Part shown: positions 33,341 to 44,347 of the stretch, one piece after another
Numbering within the stretch: the first letter of the stretch is position 1
Layout of the letters: each line of letters starts with the position of its first letter
NCBI GenBank assembly: GCA_963754315.1
Contig: CAVWFS010000019.1
Span: forward strand, 64,001-128,000
Direction: 5' to 3'
DNA length: 64,000 nucleotides
DNA from: an uncultured Candidatus Rokubacteria bacterium
GTDB lineage: Bacteria > Methylomirabilota > Methylomirabilia > Rokubacteriales > CSP1-6
Notes under the pieces: model-generated
Database searches by the model: none
Seen by the model: the letters and a program-made list of their open reading frames with translations, nothing else
Told to the model about the DNA's origin: nothing
Made by a program: the position numbers and the translations under genes

Positions 33341-35560
33341 ATGAGGGTCCGTTCTCAGACGGTCGGTGTGCACCTCCTCATTGCCTTCAGTTATGGGCTC
33401 CTGGCCATCATGTTCACGTTCCCGTTGATCGTGAAGGCCACTCAATTCGTTCCAATGCCGTCGTACTTGTTCTCGAAGCCGTGGCTGCACGACCATTGGA
33501 TGACGCTCTGGGGATTCTGGCATACCAAGCGTTCCCTGCTGACCTCCGGGCACTTTCCCCTCAGCACCGACGAGATCTTCTATCCGGTCGGTGTGAGCAT
33601 GCCCTACATCACCACCGTCCTCTTCCCACTGACGGCGTCCGTTCCATTTCAAGCGGCCTTTGGCTTGATCTTGGGCAGCAACATCCTCCGGTTACTCTTC
33701 GCCGTCGTTGCCGCCTATGGTGCCTTTCGACTCGTCGATGATCTCGTCCAGGATCGATTCGCCGCATTCTTCGCCGGCGTTGTCTTCGGCTACTCGCCCT
33801 TTATGCTTGCCCGCCTCCAGGGGCACGACCTGATTGTCGCCGGTTCCGCCTTGATCCCTTGGTACACACTGTTCTTGCTACGGACCCTCCGCGCTGCTCG
33901 CTGGTCCAACCCCCTCCTGGCCGCCGGCCTCTTCGGGCTGATCCTGCTCTCCACGTGGTACTACGCGCCGCTTCTGGTTATCCTGAGTAGCGTACTCTGT
34001 CTCTACGACCTCCTCAGTCGACGCCCTCCGCCCAAACCCCAGGGACGTATGGCCCGTCTGCTCCTCCTCCTGGGCGCCGCCGGCGTGGTCGCATTACCCG
34101 TCGTTGCCCCCATGCGATCATTGGAAGGCCAAGATTTCCTCTGGCTAACACCAGAATCGTTACGATGGGCCAGCCTCGATCTGATGGCATTCTTCGTTCC
34201 CAGCGCTGACCACTTCGTGCTCGGACCCTCGGTCCAGGCGCTGCGTGACCGGTTCCTCGGTGATCCGACCCTGCAAACTGCCTTTGTGGGCTACACCGTT
34301 CTTCTCCTTGCTGGGCTCGCATGGCTCCGGACGCCCAGGCACGCGACCACACCATGGCTGTGGGTCGCCATCGTGTTCTTCCTTCTGGCCCTGGGGCCTA
34401 CCCTGCACATACACGGAGCCGATACCTTCCATATCGCCGGGCGAGACGTGCGCGTTCCCCTTCCGTTCGCCCTCTTTGGGTATGTGCCTCTTGTGCCGTA
34501 CTTGGGGGGCGCAACGGCCATCGGCCTCTCGGTTGTCATCCTGATGCTGGCGCTCACGGTCTTGGTGGGCTACGGAATCACGTCTCTCCGCCACACACTC
34601 GCCTGCCCTTGGGCCTGGCGCGTGCCGGCCCTCTTGCTGGCGGTGCTCGTCTTGGAGTATGCCGCCCTCCCCCTACCGCTTTGGGAGGTCCGCGTTCCCG
34701 AGGTCTATCAGATCATTCGGAACGATCCGCATCCGGGAGTCGTTCTCGACTTACCATTCGCGGACGATATAAAGATCTATCAGTTCTATCAGACCACCCA
34801 CGAAAAGCGGATCGTCTCTGGCTTCGTCCCAAGGCTTCCTCTCGTCAATCGGACCTTTGGAGATAACATCCGGCTCGTCCGAATGCTGAAAGACCCACGT
34901 CTCATCCCTCACGATCCACGCGACAGCTCCTTGGCTGAGGAGGGGCAGGCGGTCGGGCGTCTCTTGAACATTCGCTATATCGTGATCCACAAGGACTACT
35001 TTTCTTCGGGCGCTTCCGACCGTGTGGCCACCCTCGTCAACACCGCCTTTCCTGTCCACGTCATCGCGCAAGACGAACACATCATTGCCTATCGGGTTGC
35101 CGACGCGGACGGTGACGTTCGCGCGGTGGGCCCGCCATATCTGATCGACTTTGGCACCGAGTCTGGGTTCCCTGCTCTTTTGGCCGGGTGGTCGCCGGCA
35201 GAATTTGCGCACGATCTCACGTATGCCTGGTCGAATGCCCAGGAATCAACAGCGTGGCTGTACCTTCCCTACGTCACCACCATGAAAATGGATCTGCGTC
35301 TCTTCCCCTTCACCTTCCCGTCATCGCCAAATCAGCGGGTGAGTGTCTCCATGAACGGAGAGCGTCTCGGCGAGCTAGCGCTGGAGGGTCGGTGGCAGAC
35401 CTACTCGCTCGATCTTCCGCGCTCACACCTGCGGGAAGGCGTCAATACCATCCGCTTCCGCTACGGCTACACTGCCGCCCCCGCCACGGTAATCCCTGGG
35501 AACAACGACCGGCGCCGCTTGGCGGTAGCGTTTGACTACATCGCCCTACGGCCACAATGA
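33341..35560 (+). CDS. Large membrane protein, YfhO/GT-C-like, with C-terminal beta-rich domain
   Basis: IFYPVG, FGYSPF, LALGP, YQTTHEKRIVSG, IRYIVIH, DRRRLAVAF; start may be 33239. Confidence 0.65.
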   Translation: MRVRSQTVGVHLLIAFSYGLLAIMFTFPLIVKATQFVPMPSYLFSKPWLHDHWMTLWGFWHTKRSLLTSGHFPLSTDEIFYPVGVSMPYITTVLFPLTASVPFQAAFGLILGSNILRLLFAVVAAYGAFRLVDDLVQDRFAAFFAGVVFGYSPFMLARLQGHDLIVAGSALIPWYTLFLLRTLRAARWSNPLLAAGLFGLILLSTWYYAPLLVILSSVLCLYDLLSRRPPPKPQGRMARLLLLLGAAGVVALPVVAPMRSLEGQDFLWLTPESLRWASLDLMAFFVPSADHFVLGPSVQALRDRFLGDPTLQTAFVGYTVLLLAGLAWLRTPRHATTPWLWVAIVFFLLALGPTLHIHGADTFHIAGRDVRVPLPFALFGYVPLVPYLGGATAIGLSVVILMLALTVLVGYGITSLRHTLACPWAWRVPALLLAVLVLEYAALPLPLWEVRVPEVYQIIRNDPHPGVVLDLPFADDIKIYQFYQTTHEKRIVSGFVPRLPLVNRTFGDNIRLVRMLKDPRLIPHDPRDSSLAEEGQAVGRLLNIRYIVIHKDYFSSGASDRVATLVNTAFPVHVIAQDEHIIAYRVADADGDVRAVGPPYLIDFGTESGFPALLAGWSPAEFAHDLTYAWSNAQESTAWLYLPYVTTMKMDLRLFPFTFPSSPNQRVSVSMNGERLGELALEGRWQTYSLDLPRSHLREGVNTIRFRYGYTAAPATVIPGNNDRRRLAVAFDYIALRPQ

Positions 35561-36026
35561 AACAGGCCAGCCGCTGGGGGCCCGCGCTGCCCTTATCAGT
35601 GAATCCCAAGATTCTTCACCGACAAGCCCTGACCGGCGTGCGCGACGACGACATGCCGGCTGCTTCGGGCCCGCGCTGCAGGACAGCGGCACCTCAACAT
35701 TCCCCCCGGTCGCCGTCCTCACGGCTCCTTGTCATGCGTCCTCGTGGGGATCACGCGCCTCCCCTCATCAGCGCCCAGACGTGCGTTGATCTGATCACGA
35801 CGGTCACGTTTCCCATCCGGCGTTGCTCAGATTGCCGAGCGGCGCGACCGCATGTCGCCCTAAGCCCCCGAGATCAAGCATGGCCACCAACGTGGGCAGC
35901 CTTGGCCAATGGGTCTCCCGCTTTCCGAGGCGTTTCCATCGGGTACACTGCACGTGTGAGGCGTGCCGGGATTGTGGGATCCAGGTCGAGATATCGCGGC
36001 GCTCTAGCCGCAGAAAGGGGGAGTTG

Positions 36027-37648
36027 ATGAGTGAGGCTCAGGAGATCGGTGTAGAGCAACTCCGGGAGCGGATGCGGGAGAGCATCGAGCGAAGGGGTGC
36101 TGTCGAGAATCATCTGGCATCCGAGAGCCCCGTCTCTCCTCTCGACAACGGCGCGGCCTGCGCCGATCTCGCTTACCTCTATTCCAACTACGATGTCCAG
36201 CGCGTGTCCTTCGTATCTCACCGGCACTTCATCGGATCTCTCGTCGTCGCGGTCAAGAACATCCTCAGCAAACTCCTCACTCCGATTCTGCAACGTCAAG
36301 TCGCCTACAATGCAGCGGTCGCCCTGGTCACGGCTCGTACCACAGAGTGGACGAGGGCGCTCCAGAACGACCTGGAGGTCCTCGAGCAAAGCCACACGCA
36401 GGTCTGCGAGAGAATGGTCGATATGGAAGGCCAGCTACGGGAGGAGATTGTCGCTGTCGAGTCGCAGCTCCGCCAGGGGGCGCTCGCCATACAGCGAGAG
36501 CTTCGGCAAGAGCTGCGGACCATGGCGGCCGAAGAGGCCCAGACCACGCATTCGGATCTTCGAGAAGCGCTGCTGGCCACTCATTCGGATCTTCGCGAAG
36601 AGCTGCTGGCCACTCACCGAGCGCTTCGCGAGGAGATCCGAGAAGAGATACGCGCCACCGCGTCCCAGGTCAGAGAGGAACTGCTTGCTATTCAGCGCGT
36701 GGCGGTCACCCATGACGGTCTGGCTGCCCACACGGAGCGCTGCGAGGAGATGCTCAGGACTTCGTCCCAGGAGATCCTTGGTGCGCAGACGGCGATCCAT
36801 GCGGTGCGGCAGTCTAGCGTGGCAGCGAAGGAACGGTTCTCCCGAGCGGAGCGCAAGCTACGCCGAATAGTTCATGTCCTTGAGACACTCGACGTTCCGG
36901 AGCGGCTGCGGGAGACAAAACCAAGGCAAGAGGGATCGCCTCCCGTGTTCCCGAGCGTGGAGCCGGAGTTCGACTACGCAGGATTCGCGGATCGATTCAG
37001 GGGGACAGAAGACGACATCAAGGAGCGTCAGCGAGTCTATGTCCCGTACTTCGAAGGTCGAGAGAACATTCTCGACCTCGGCTGCGGAAGGGGGGAGTTT
37101 CTCGAATTGCTACGCGAGAGCGGGATCACGGCGCGGGGGCTCGACGTCGATCTTGATATGATCCTCCTCACCCGCGACAAGGGATTGGACGTGGTCCGGG
37201 AGGATGCCTTCACGTACCTCGAGACGCTTCCGGATGGCTCGGTGGGTGGTATCTTCGCCGCTCAAATAATCGAACACTGGAACCTCGGCGCATCATCGAG
37301 CTCGTCAAACTCTGCTACAAGAAGCTCGCCGTGGGCGCCCCGCTTCTACTCGAGACGCCGAACCCCAGTTGCCTCCTGGTGTTCGCCGACAGTTTCTACA
37401 AGGATCCTACCCACGTCCAGCCTCTTCACGCGGACATGATGCACTTCATCTTCGAGTCGATCGGCTTTCGCCAGGTCGAACTCAAGTTCACCTGTCCCGT
37501 CGACCCATCGAAAAGGGTTCCCCTCCTTCAGGCTCCCGGCGCCGACCTCGAGCAATTCAACCGGGGCATCGAACGACTCAACGCGCTCCTTTTCGGCTTC
37601 CAAGACTACGCCGTCATCGGCCACAAGGATGCGACGAGCCTCTCCTAG
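36027..37648 (+). CDS. Coiled-coil class I SAM methyltransferase (glycan chain-terminator-like), frameshift near 37278
   Basis: SHR..IG N-terminal motif, long coiled coil, FRG, LDLGCGRGEF, QIIEH, then ETPNP and DPTH in the shifted frame. Confidence 0.85.
36546..36644 (+). repeat. 33-bp coding tandem repeat (3 copies)
   Basis: THSDLREALLA / THSDLREELLA / THRALREEIRE. Confidence 0.9.
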
Positions 37649-37798
37649 CGCCCACTGCGTACCGCCCCTGGTGAAGACGTGCCGGGCGTGTGCCGAGGTG
37701 GGGGGACGTCTCGTCGGTAGAGCGTGGGCACCGATGCCGCTCTGTGGCTGGCGAGTGTCCTTCCCTCGAGACGGCTTCGGTCGCAACGCGCTCCACCC

Positions 37799-39085
37799 AT
37801 GATGAGGCTGTTCCCGTCGTCAGAAATTCTCGTCGCGGGCGCTCCCGCCGAGAGTGGATTCTATCGGCTCGAGATGCCGGATGGGCGTCGGTGGATCGGC
37901 CGGGAAGCAACGTGTCTGCTCCCCACGGAGGCGCTCACTCGCCTCGCGCGTCCGATCATCAGGGTCACCGCCCAGAATGGATCAACCGAATCGCATCTTT
38001 CACTCTATGCGGACGGCCGGTTCATCGGCACCCAACCAATTGACCGGTACGGAGGCTATTACTTTACCCTTCCGCCCGGGCATGCGGCGAAGTCGTCCTC
38101 GGTGGAGATCCTCTTGCGGGTCGACCAGGCACATTCGGTCGAAGGCGACCCGCGGGCGCTCGGCGTCGCCATCTACGGAATCGACCCGATTGATCTGAAT
38201 GCTGGCTGGGACAGCTTTGAGGAGCGACGTTACCTGGCAGACCAGATCAAAGTGTTCCGCCCGACCGAATCATGTCTGTCCCATGTCCTGAGCGGTCTCG
38301 GGTTGGGTCCAGACAGTCTGATCCTCGATGTCGGAGCAGGCATGGGTTGGACCACGGTCACGCTGGCGGCCAGGACCGGGGCCAGGATCCATGGGGTGGA
38401 CTTGCGTCGGTACGACTCCGTGACTGGCCGCTCCTTCAAGGCCGAGCTCCTTCAGCGCCTCGAGCGGCACCTCCCCGTCTTGACGCGAGAGCAAGACTTC
38501 ACCCGATTCGGTGAGTTGCCGCTCCTGATCGACGCCTGTTCATTTCATACGATGGACGCCGAGCGGCTGCTTTTCCAAGATGAACTCTTCGATTTTGTCT
38601 TTTCCCTGAACGCGCTGGAGCACATTCGTCGGCCCGAACGGGCGTTGCGAGAATGCTCACGCGTGCTGAAGCCTGGCGGACAGCTGTTTTGCTTGTTCAT
38701 GCCCATCTACTTTGCAGATGCGGGTCATCATCTGGGCAGCCTGACCGAAATACCGTGGATCCATCTTCTCTATGATCGCCGTGACATCAAGAAGTTGATC
38801 CGAGCTTCGGGGAAGCCTCCGAACGAGGTCGACAACATTCTAGACTCACTCAACGGATATAGCCTCAAGCGATACGGCGAGATGTTTGCGAGGAGCGATC
38901 TGGATATCCTCGAGCAGCAGATCCATCGAGGATTTGCCCTCGCCGGATCGGAGACGTCGGAGGAGTTCCGACGAGTAAGCGCGCGGTACCCGGAGCAAGA
39001 ACTGAGCACGCTGGGTATGACGGTCGTATTGCAGAAGCCGCGACGAACGCCGGCCCGGGGCTGGAGGAGGAAGATGGTGGTCTGA
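37799..39085 (+). CDS. Class I SAM methyltransferase with N-terminal beta-sandwich domain
   Basis: LDVGAGMG, FDFVFSLNALEH, RVLKPGG; N-terminal DPRALGV motif; start may be 37724. Confidence 0.85.
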   Translation: MMRLFPSSEILVAGAPAESGFYRLEMPDGRRWIGREATCLLPTEALTRLARPIIRVTAQNGSTESHLSLYADGRFIGTQPIDRYGGYYFTLPPGHAAKSSSVEILLRVDQAHSVEGDPRALGVAIYGIDPIDLNAGWDSFEERRYLADQIKVFRPTESCLSHVLSGLGLGPDSLILDVGAGMGWTTVTLAARTGARIHGVDLRRYDSVTGRSFKAELLQRLERHLPVLTREQDFTRFGELPLLIDACSFHTMDAERLLFQDELFDFVFSLNALEHIRRPERALRECSRVLKPGGQLFCLFMPIYFADAGHHLGSLTEIPWIHLLYDRRDIKKLIRASGKPPNEVDNILDSLNGYSLKRYGEMFARSDLDILEQQIHRGFALAGSETSEEFRRVSARYPEQELSTLGMTVVLQKPRRTPARGWRRKMVV

Positions 39086-39193
39086 CCAGGCGTCGCACGT
39101 CGATTGTGGACCATGTCTCGTGCGGGACGATGGTGTGTGCACTGTTGATGGGAACGGCGAATCAGAGCGAGGGTACCATGGCCTCCCGCCTCT

Positions 39194-40639
39194 TCACCTA
39201 CTGGTCGCGGCGAGCGTGGCGAAGACCGCGCGGGCTAGACGCGGCAGGTCAGGATCGCGCGCTCCCATGACGAGTACTGTATCTCCCGGCTGAGCTTCAG
39301 CGGCAACCCACTGACGGGCGGCGGCGTGGTCGGCAGCGTGGCCGCAGCGCAAGATCGCGGGGAGGTCCGCCGCCAGCATTCGACTCGAGATGTCCTTGGC
39401 CACGGTACCACCAGCGTAGTAGATCTCCGCATAACAGAACCGGTCCTCGGGTCGCAGGATTCCGGGCAGCAACGTCCTCAGTTCGGGACGCAAGAACCGA
39501 GCAGGGCCAAAGCCGTGAGGTTGAAAGACGACGACGATCCGTCCGGAGCCAGCCTGAGCGGTGGTGAGCGTTGCCCGAAGTTTCTCGCCGTTGTGGGCGT
39601 AGTCGTCAACAACCCGGATGCCCGCTGATGTAACGCCGATCACTTCAAAGCGCCGGGATACGCCGGGGAAATTCGCGAGCAAACGCGTCACCCCATCGGG
39701 ATCGATCCCCAACTCGACCGCCACCACGGCGGCCGCGGCGGCATTCTCGAGGTTGTGCAGGCCGGGCTGGGGGAGGTCGAGGGTGACGACGCCCGCCGGC
39801 AGCCTCAGCAGTCCACGGGCCCGATCGGGGCCCACGCTGTTGACTTGGAGTCGGGCATCGGCGTCGGGCGTGACGCCATACAACACGCCGGGGAACCTGC
39901 CCCGGAGGCCGGCCGCTTCCGAACAACCGCCGTTCACGAACAGCCGATGGCAGTTGCGGGCGAAGGCACCGAACTGCGCGCGCAGTGATGGGAGTTCGGC
40001 GTGGTCTCGGCTGATGTTGTGCACGAGTCCGATGGTCGGTTCGTAGCCGACCAGCGTGCCATCGGACTCGCACGCTTCCACGACCACGATCCCATCGACC
40101 GGTCCAGTCATTAGGCAGCCGTTGGTCGCCTCGTGGGCCAGGCCAGCCCCCCCGATGATCGTGGCGGGCCGGCCACTCTCACGCAACAGCCAACCCAGCA
40201 TGGCGGTGATCGTGCTCTTACCGCTGGTGCCCGCGATCGCCACGCCGGGCTCGCCCCCTTTCACCACCTCGGCCAGGAGGGCCGGCCGGGGAACAAGGTC
40301 GATCCCCCTCGCGCGCGCCGCGCGCATTTCCAGCGTATCCGCCTCAACCGCAGTCGAGTAGATGAACCGATCGATGTCCCGGTCGATAGCGCTGCCGTCG
40401 TGAGGGCGCACTTCGATTCCGAGGCGGCGCAGATGGGCAGCCTCCGCCTGGTTCTTCCCCTGGTCAAACAAGCGATCGGAGCCTTGAACCCGATGGCCCC
40501 GGGCGCGCATGAGCCGAGCCAAGGGGTTCATGCCGGCACCGGCTACGCCGGAGAAGTGGTAGTGAATGGGTTCACCCGGGCGACGCTGAGCGAGCCGCGG
40601 CAGAGCCCGGGTGTCAGGATCCATCGATTCGGGTCGCAT
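39194..40639 (-). CDS. Mur ligase family protein (MurC/Mpl-like, divergent)
   Basis: GVAGAGM, GSD, GTSGKST, EACESD, RRFE, DDYAHN, FQPH. Confidence 0.88.
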   Translation of the reverse strand: MRPESMDPDTRALPRLAQRRPGEPIHYHFSGVAGAGMNPLARLMRARGHRVQGSDRLFDQGKNQAEAAHLRRLGIEVRPHDGSAIDRDIDRFIYSTAVEADTLEMRAARARGIDLVPRPALLAEVVKGGEPGVAIAGTSGKSTITAMLGWLLRESGRPATIIGGAGLAHEATNGCLMTGPVDGIVVVEACESDGTLVGYEPTIGLVHNISRDHAELPSLRAQFGAFARNCHRLFVNGGCSEAAGLRGRFPGVLYGVTPDADARLQVNSVGPDRARGLLRLPAGVVTLDLPQPGLHNLENAAAAAVVAVELGIDPDGVTRLLANFPGVSRRFEVIGVTSAGIRVVDDYAHNGEKLRATLTTAQAGSGRIVVVFQPHGFGPARFLRPELRTLLPGILRPEDRFCYAEIYYAGGTVAKDISSRMLAADLPAILRCGHAADHAAARQWVAAEAQPGDTVLVMGARDPDLPRLARAVFATLAATSR

Positions 40640-40697
40640 GGTGCCTCAGTGTATCGGCGAGCCGACCGCCGGGTGAAGCCTTTTCGGCACCGACTAC

Positions 40698-42098
40698 CTA
40701 GTACGCGTGGGGGTTGGCGAAGCCGTGCCAGATGGTGCGTACCAGGATCGTCAGGTCGAAGGCGAGAGACCATCGCTCGATGTAGTAGAGGTCGTATTCG
40801 ATCCGCTTTTCGAGCGAGGTGTTGCCGCGCCACCCGTTGATCTGGGCCCACCCCGTCATTCCAGCTTTCACCTTGTGGCGCAGCATGTAGCCCGGCACCT
40901 GACGTCGGAACTCTTCCACGAACACCGGACGCTCCGGGCGAGGTCCAACCAGACTCATCTCCCCCCGGAGAACGTTAAAGAGCTGCGGCAGTTCGTCCAA
41001 GCTAAAGCGCCGCAGCATCCCTCCCAGCCGCGTGCGGCGCGGGTCGTCGGCTTGGGCCCACACGGGTCCCGTGTCCGCCTCGGCGTCGACGCGCATGGTT
41101 CGGAATTTCAGCATCCGGAACTCCCGACCGTCGAGCCCCATGCGAGCCTGGCCCAGCAGGACCGGTCCCGGCGAGGTGAGCTTGACCGCGAGGGCGATCA
41201 GCGCCATCAGCGGGAGGAAGGCTACCAGGACCGCGCCGCCAATGATCAAATCGAAGGCGCGTTTGAGCACGCGGTTCCACCCGTAGAGCGGCGACTCCCG
41301 CAAGTGGATGAGGGGGACCCCCTCGAAGTCCTCGATCCCTCCCCGCAGCGAGGCCAGGCTGAAGACATCGGGCACGAGATGAATGGACACCGGATCGTCC
41401 CCGATGTCACTCAGGAGATCGGCCAGGCGCCCGTAGGCCTGATGCGGCAAGGCCACGAACACCACGTCCACCTGCTCGCCGTCGAGGAGAGCTCGCAGGT
41501 CCTCGAAGCGTCCGAGTCGCGGGACAAGACCGGCGCCGTGCTCGTCCTTGTCACCGACCACCCCTAGGAGACGGACGCCCACGTCGGGACGGCGCTGGAG
41601 GGCCGCCACGATCTCAGCGGCCGGCTCTCCTCCCCCCACGACGATGGCACGGCGCTGATTGATCCCGCGGCGGCGGGCTACCCGCAACCCCTCCCGGAAG
41701 GTCGCCCTCCACAGGCTTACGGCCACGATCGACAAGACCCAGAAGTACACGATCACCACGCGCGAGTACTCGGTGGATCGGAAGGCAAAGGTCATGATCG
41801 CAATGAGGACGAGCACGCCGAGCGTGGAGGCCTTGGCCACATCGAGCCACTCGGACAGTCGCGAGCCGAGCCGGCGCGGGCGATAGAGATCGAACCATCG
41901 GAAGGCCAGTCCCCATACGACCAGGATCGGTACAAGCTGGAGCAGGTAGTCCCGGAGGGGCGGAATGTCCGGGCTGACCAGGGGCGGGCCCGCCACATAG
42001 AACCGCAACAAGTAGGCGAGAAGCCAGCAGGCGCCGATCAGCATAAGGTCAGCCACCAGGGTCACGTGTTCGAACAATCGTGAGTGCACTTTCAGCAC
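40698..42098 (-). CDS. Undecaprenyl-phosphate glucose phosphotransferase (WcaJ-like)
   Basis: KRAFD, KFRTM, LDELPQL, SLVGPRPE, GMTGWAQING, DLYYI. Confidence 0.93.
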   Translation of the reverse strand: MLKVHSRLFEHVTLVADLMLIGACWLLAYLLRFYVAGPPLVSPDIPPLRDYLLQLVPILVVWGLAFRWFDLYRPRRLGSRLSEWLDVAKASTLGVLVLIAIMTFAFRSTEYSRVVIVYFWVLSIVAVSLWRATFREGLRVARRRGINQRRAIVVGGGEPAAEIVAALQRRPDVGVRLLGVVGDKDEHGAGLVPRLGRFEDLRALLDGEQVDVVFVALPHQAYGRLADLLSDIGDDPVSIHLVPDVFSLASLRGGIEDFEGVPLIHLRESPLYGWNRVLKRAFDLIIGGAVLVAFLPLMALIALAVKLTSPGPVLLGQARMGLDGREFRMLKFRTMRVDAEADTGPVWAQADDPRRTRLGGMLRRFSLDELPQLFNVLRGEMSLVGPRPERPVFVEEFRRQVPGYMLRHKVKAGMTGWAQINGWRGNTSLEKRIEYDLYYIERWSLAFDLTILVRTIWHGFANPHAY

Positions 42099-43213
42099 GA
42101 AGTCCGCTCCGCCAGGCGCGCTTCCACGTAGCCACGCATGATCTCCCGGAAGCGCGTGCGGTCGAAGAGCTCGGCACGAGCCCGCAGAGCCTTGGGCACG
42201 AAGCGATGCGCCTCGCGTTCGAACCGCTCGATGGCGGCCGTCATTGCCGGCAGACTCTGCTCTTCGAACAGGAGGCCCGTGGGAGGTCCGTCCGCCCCGG
42301 GCGGCACGATCGTTTCCAGGGCCCCACCCGCCCCGAACGCGATCACGGGACGCCCGGCCGCCATCGCCTCCAGGGGAACGATTCCGAAATCCTCACATCC
42401 GGGAAAGAGAACAGCCCGGCAGCGACGATAGAGTTGCGCCACCTCGGCATCGTCGCGCCACCCCAGGAACTCCACCGTGGGCCCGGCCATAGCCCGCAGC
42501 CGCTGCTCTTCGGGGCCCGTGCCCACGACGATCAGGCGCCGCCTCAGCGTGTTGGAGGCGAGGATGGCCAGATCGACGCGCTTGTAGGGGACCAAAGCCG
42601 AGACAACGAGGTAGAAGTCCTCACCGTCCCCGTCGGCAACCTCGAACCGCTGCACGTCGACGGGCGGGTAGATGACGGTTGCGTCGCGGCCGTAACAGCG
42701 CCGGATCCGATCGCGCACGTGCTCGGAGATCGCCACGAAGTGATGCACGCGCCGGCTGGCCGCCCGATCCCATGCACGGAGGGCAGGGGCGACGGCAGGC
42801 ATCAGCATACGCGTGGCGAGACCCGCGCCGGGTCCGACGTAGTCATCGTAGCGGTCCCACACGTAGCGCATGGGGGTGAAGCAGTAGCAGATGTGCAGGG
42901 CTCCTCGGCCCGGGTGGGCGCCTTTTGCCACGCAATGGCTGGACGAGAGGACCAGATCGTAGCCGCGGAGGTCGAAGCGCGCCACCGCGGCGGGCATCAG
43001 TGGCAGGTAGTGCCGATAACCCGTACGCGCAGCTGGCATATTCTGGAGGAATGAGGCGACGATACGGTGCCGCTCGATCTGCGGAGCCACACGGCCAGGG
43101 ATGTGCAAGAGAGTGAAGAGATCCGCATCGGGGAAAAGCTCGCAGAACACCTCCAGACAGCGCTCGCCGCCGCGCATTCCAGTCAGCCAATCGTGCACGA
43201 GAGCCACCCGCAT
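42092..43213 (-). CDS. Glycosyltransferase family 4
   Basis: VHDWLTGMRGGE, EDFGIVPLEAMAAG. Confidence 0.93.
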   Translation of the reverse strand: MRVALVHDWLTGMRGGERCLEVFCELFPDADLFTLLHIPGRVAPQIERHRIVASFLQNMPAARTGYRHYLPLMPAAVARFDLRGYDLVLSSSHCVAKGAHPGRGALHICYCFTPMRYVWDRYDDYVGPGAGLATRMLMPAVAPALRAWDRAASRRVHHFVAISEHVRDRIRRCYGRDATVIYPPVDVQRFEVADGDGEDFYLVVSALVPYKRVDLAILASNTLRRRLIVVGTGPEEQRLRAMAGPTVEFLGWRDDAEVAQLYRRCRAVLFPGCEDFGIVPLEAMAAGRPVIAFGAGGALETIVPPGADGPPTGLLFEEQSLPAMTAAIERFEREAHRFVPKALRARAELFDRTRFREIMRGYVEARLAERTSC

Positions 43214-44347
43214 TAGGAAATGACCTGGTCAACGAGGGCCTTCACGGCGCGCGCCGCCGTCTCCCAGGAGAAGCGCGCCGCCTGCGCTGGCCCGCGCATC
43301 CGAAGCTCCTTGGCGAGCGCGTCGTCGGTGAAGAGCCGCGTCATGGCCGCCGCGATGCTGTCCACGCTCAGTCGGCTCAACCAAGAGGGCGGCTTCTCCC
43401 ACCACCTCCGGCAGAGAGGAGACGTTCGAGGCGATCACGGGCGTCGCGCTGGCCATGCCCTCCAAGGCTGTGAGGCCGAACCCCTCGTAGAGGGAGGGCA
43501 AGACCAGCATGCGTGCCTGACGGTAGAGGCGCGGGAGATCCTGGTCGCTCGCATACGGCTGCCAGTCGACGCGCGGCGACAACCCCAGAGATTCGATGCG
43601 GTCGCGGAGCGTGTGCACGTGTGCCGGGTGGCCCCACCCCCGGATCATGAGGCGGCCCTCGTGACGTCGCACCGTCCTGGCGAACGCCTCCACCAGTCGA
43701 AGCAGATTCTTGTGCGGCAAGACATTGCCCACGTAGAGCGCGTAGGGCTCACCGTCGAAGGGACGATCGGTCTGATCGGCCGTGAATCGCCGCGCGTCGT
43801 AGCCGCAGGGAATCACGTAGATCGAGCGTGGCGGCAGGTCGCGAAAATAGTGAAGCAGGTCATGCCGCGTGCTCTCCGAGGTGACCACGATGGCCCCTGA
43901 GCTACGGAGCACGGCCGGAACGAAGTGACGGAAGTAGTATTGCTGACGTGGGTACTCCGTCGGAAAGCGCAGCGGCAAGAGGTCATGGACAACCGTGATC
44001 TGGTGAAGACGAGAACCCAGGAGTCCTTCTGGCATCAGATTGAGAAGAACTCGGGGCCTATCACGCTGCAGGTGAACACGCAGCCCGGTCTGGATCCAGA
44101 AGAGTCGCTGCAGGTGGCCGCTCGCCCCGCGCTCTGGCCGCATGCCAGCCGACACGCGACGGACCGTCGCGTGGGGGGCGATCACCAGGTCGGGACGCGA
44201 CGTATAGACGATGAGCTGTTCGCCGAACTCGTCCAGGGCTGAAATGAGCTGCAGAGAGTAGTATCCGAGACCCGTCGGCCGCTCGCCGACGATGGAGGCA
44301 TTGACGGCGATCGCTGACCGCGGTGCCACCGCACGATTATAGGTCAT
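43213..44347 (-). CDS. Glycosyltransferase family 4, frameshift near 43365
   Basis: VHDLLP, PHKN, PSLYEGFGL..LE; C-terminus (RFSWETAA..., TAA at 43213) is in a shifted frame. Confidence 0.85.

Noticed and set aside
35521..35531. ops/JUMPstart-like GGCGGTAGCGT
   Set aside because: It lies within codons for LAVAF and lacks the rest of a JUMPstart sequence.
35561..36026. Possible gene or hammerhead ribozyme (CTGATGAG on the minus strand) in the intergenic gap
   Set aside because: No correctly placed GAAA core; the ORFs lack RBS and family features.
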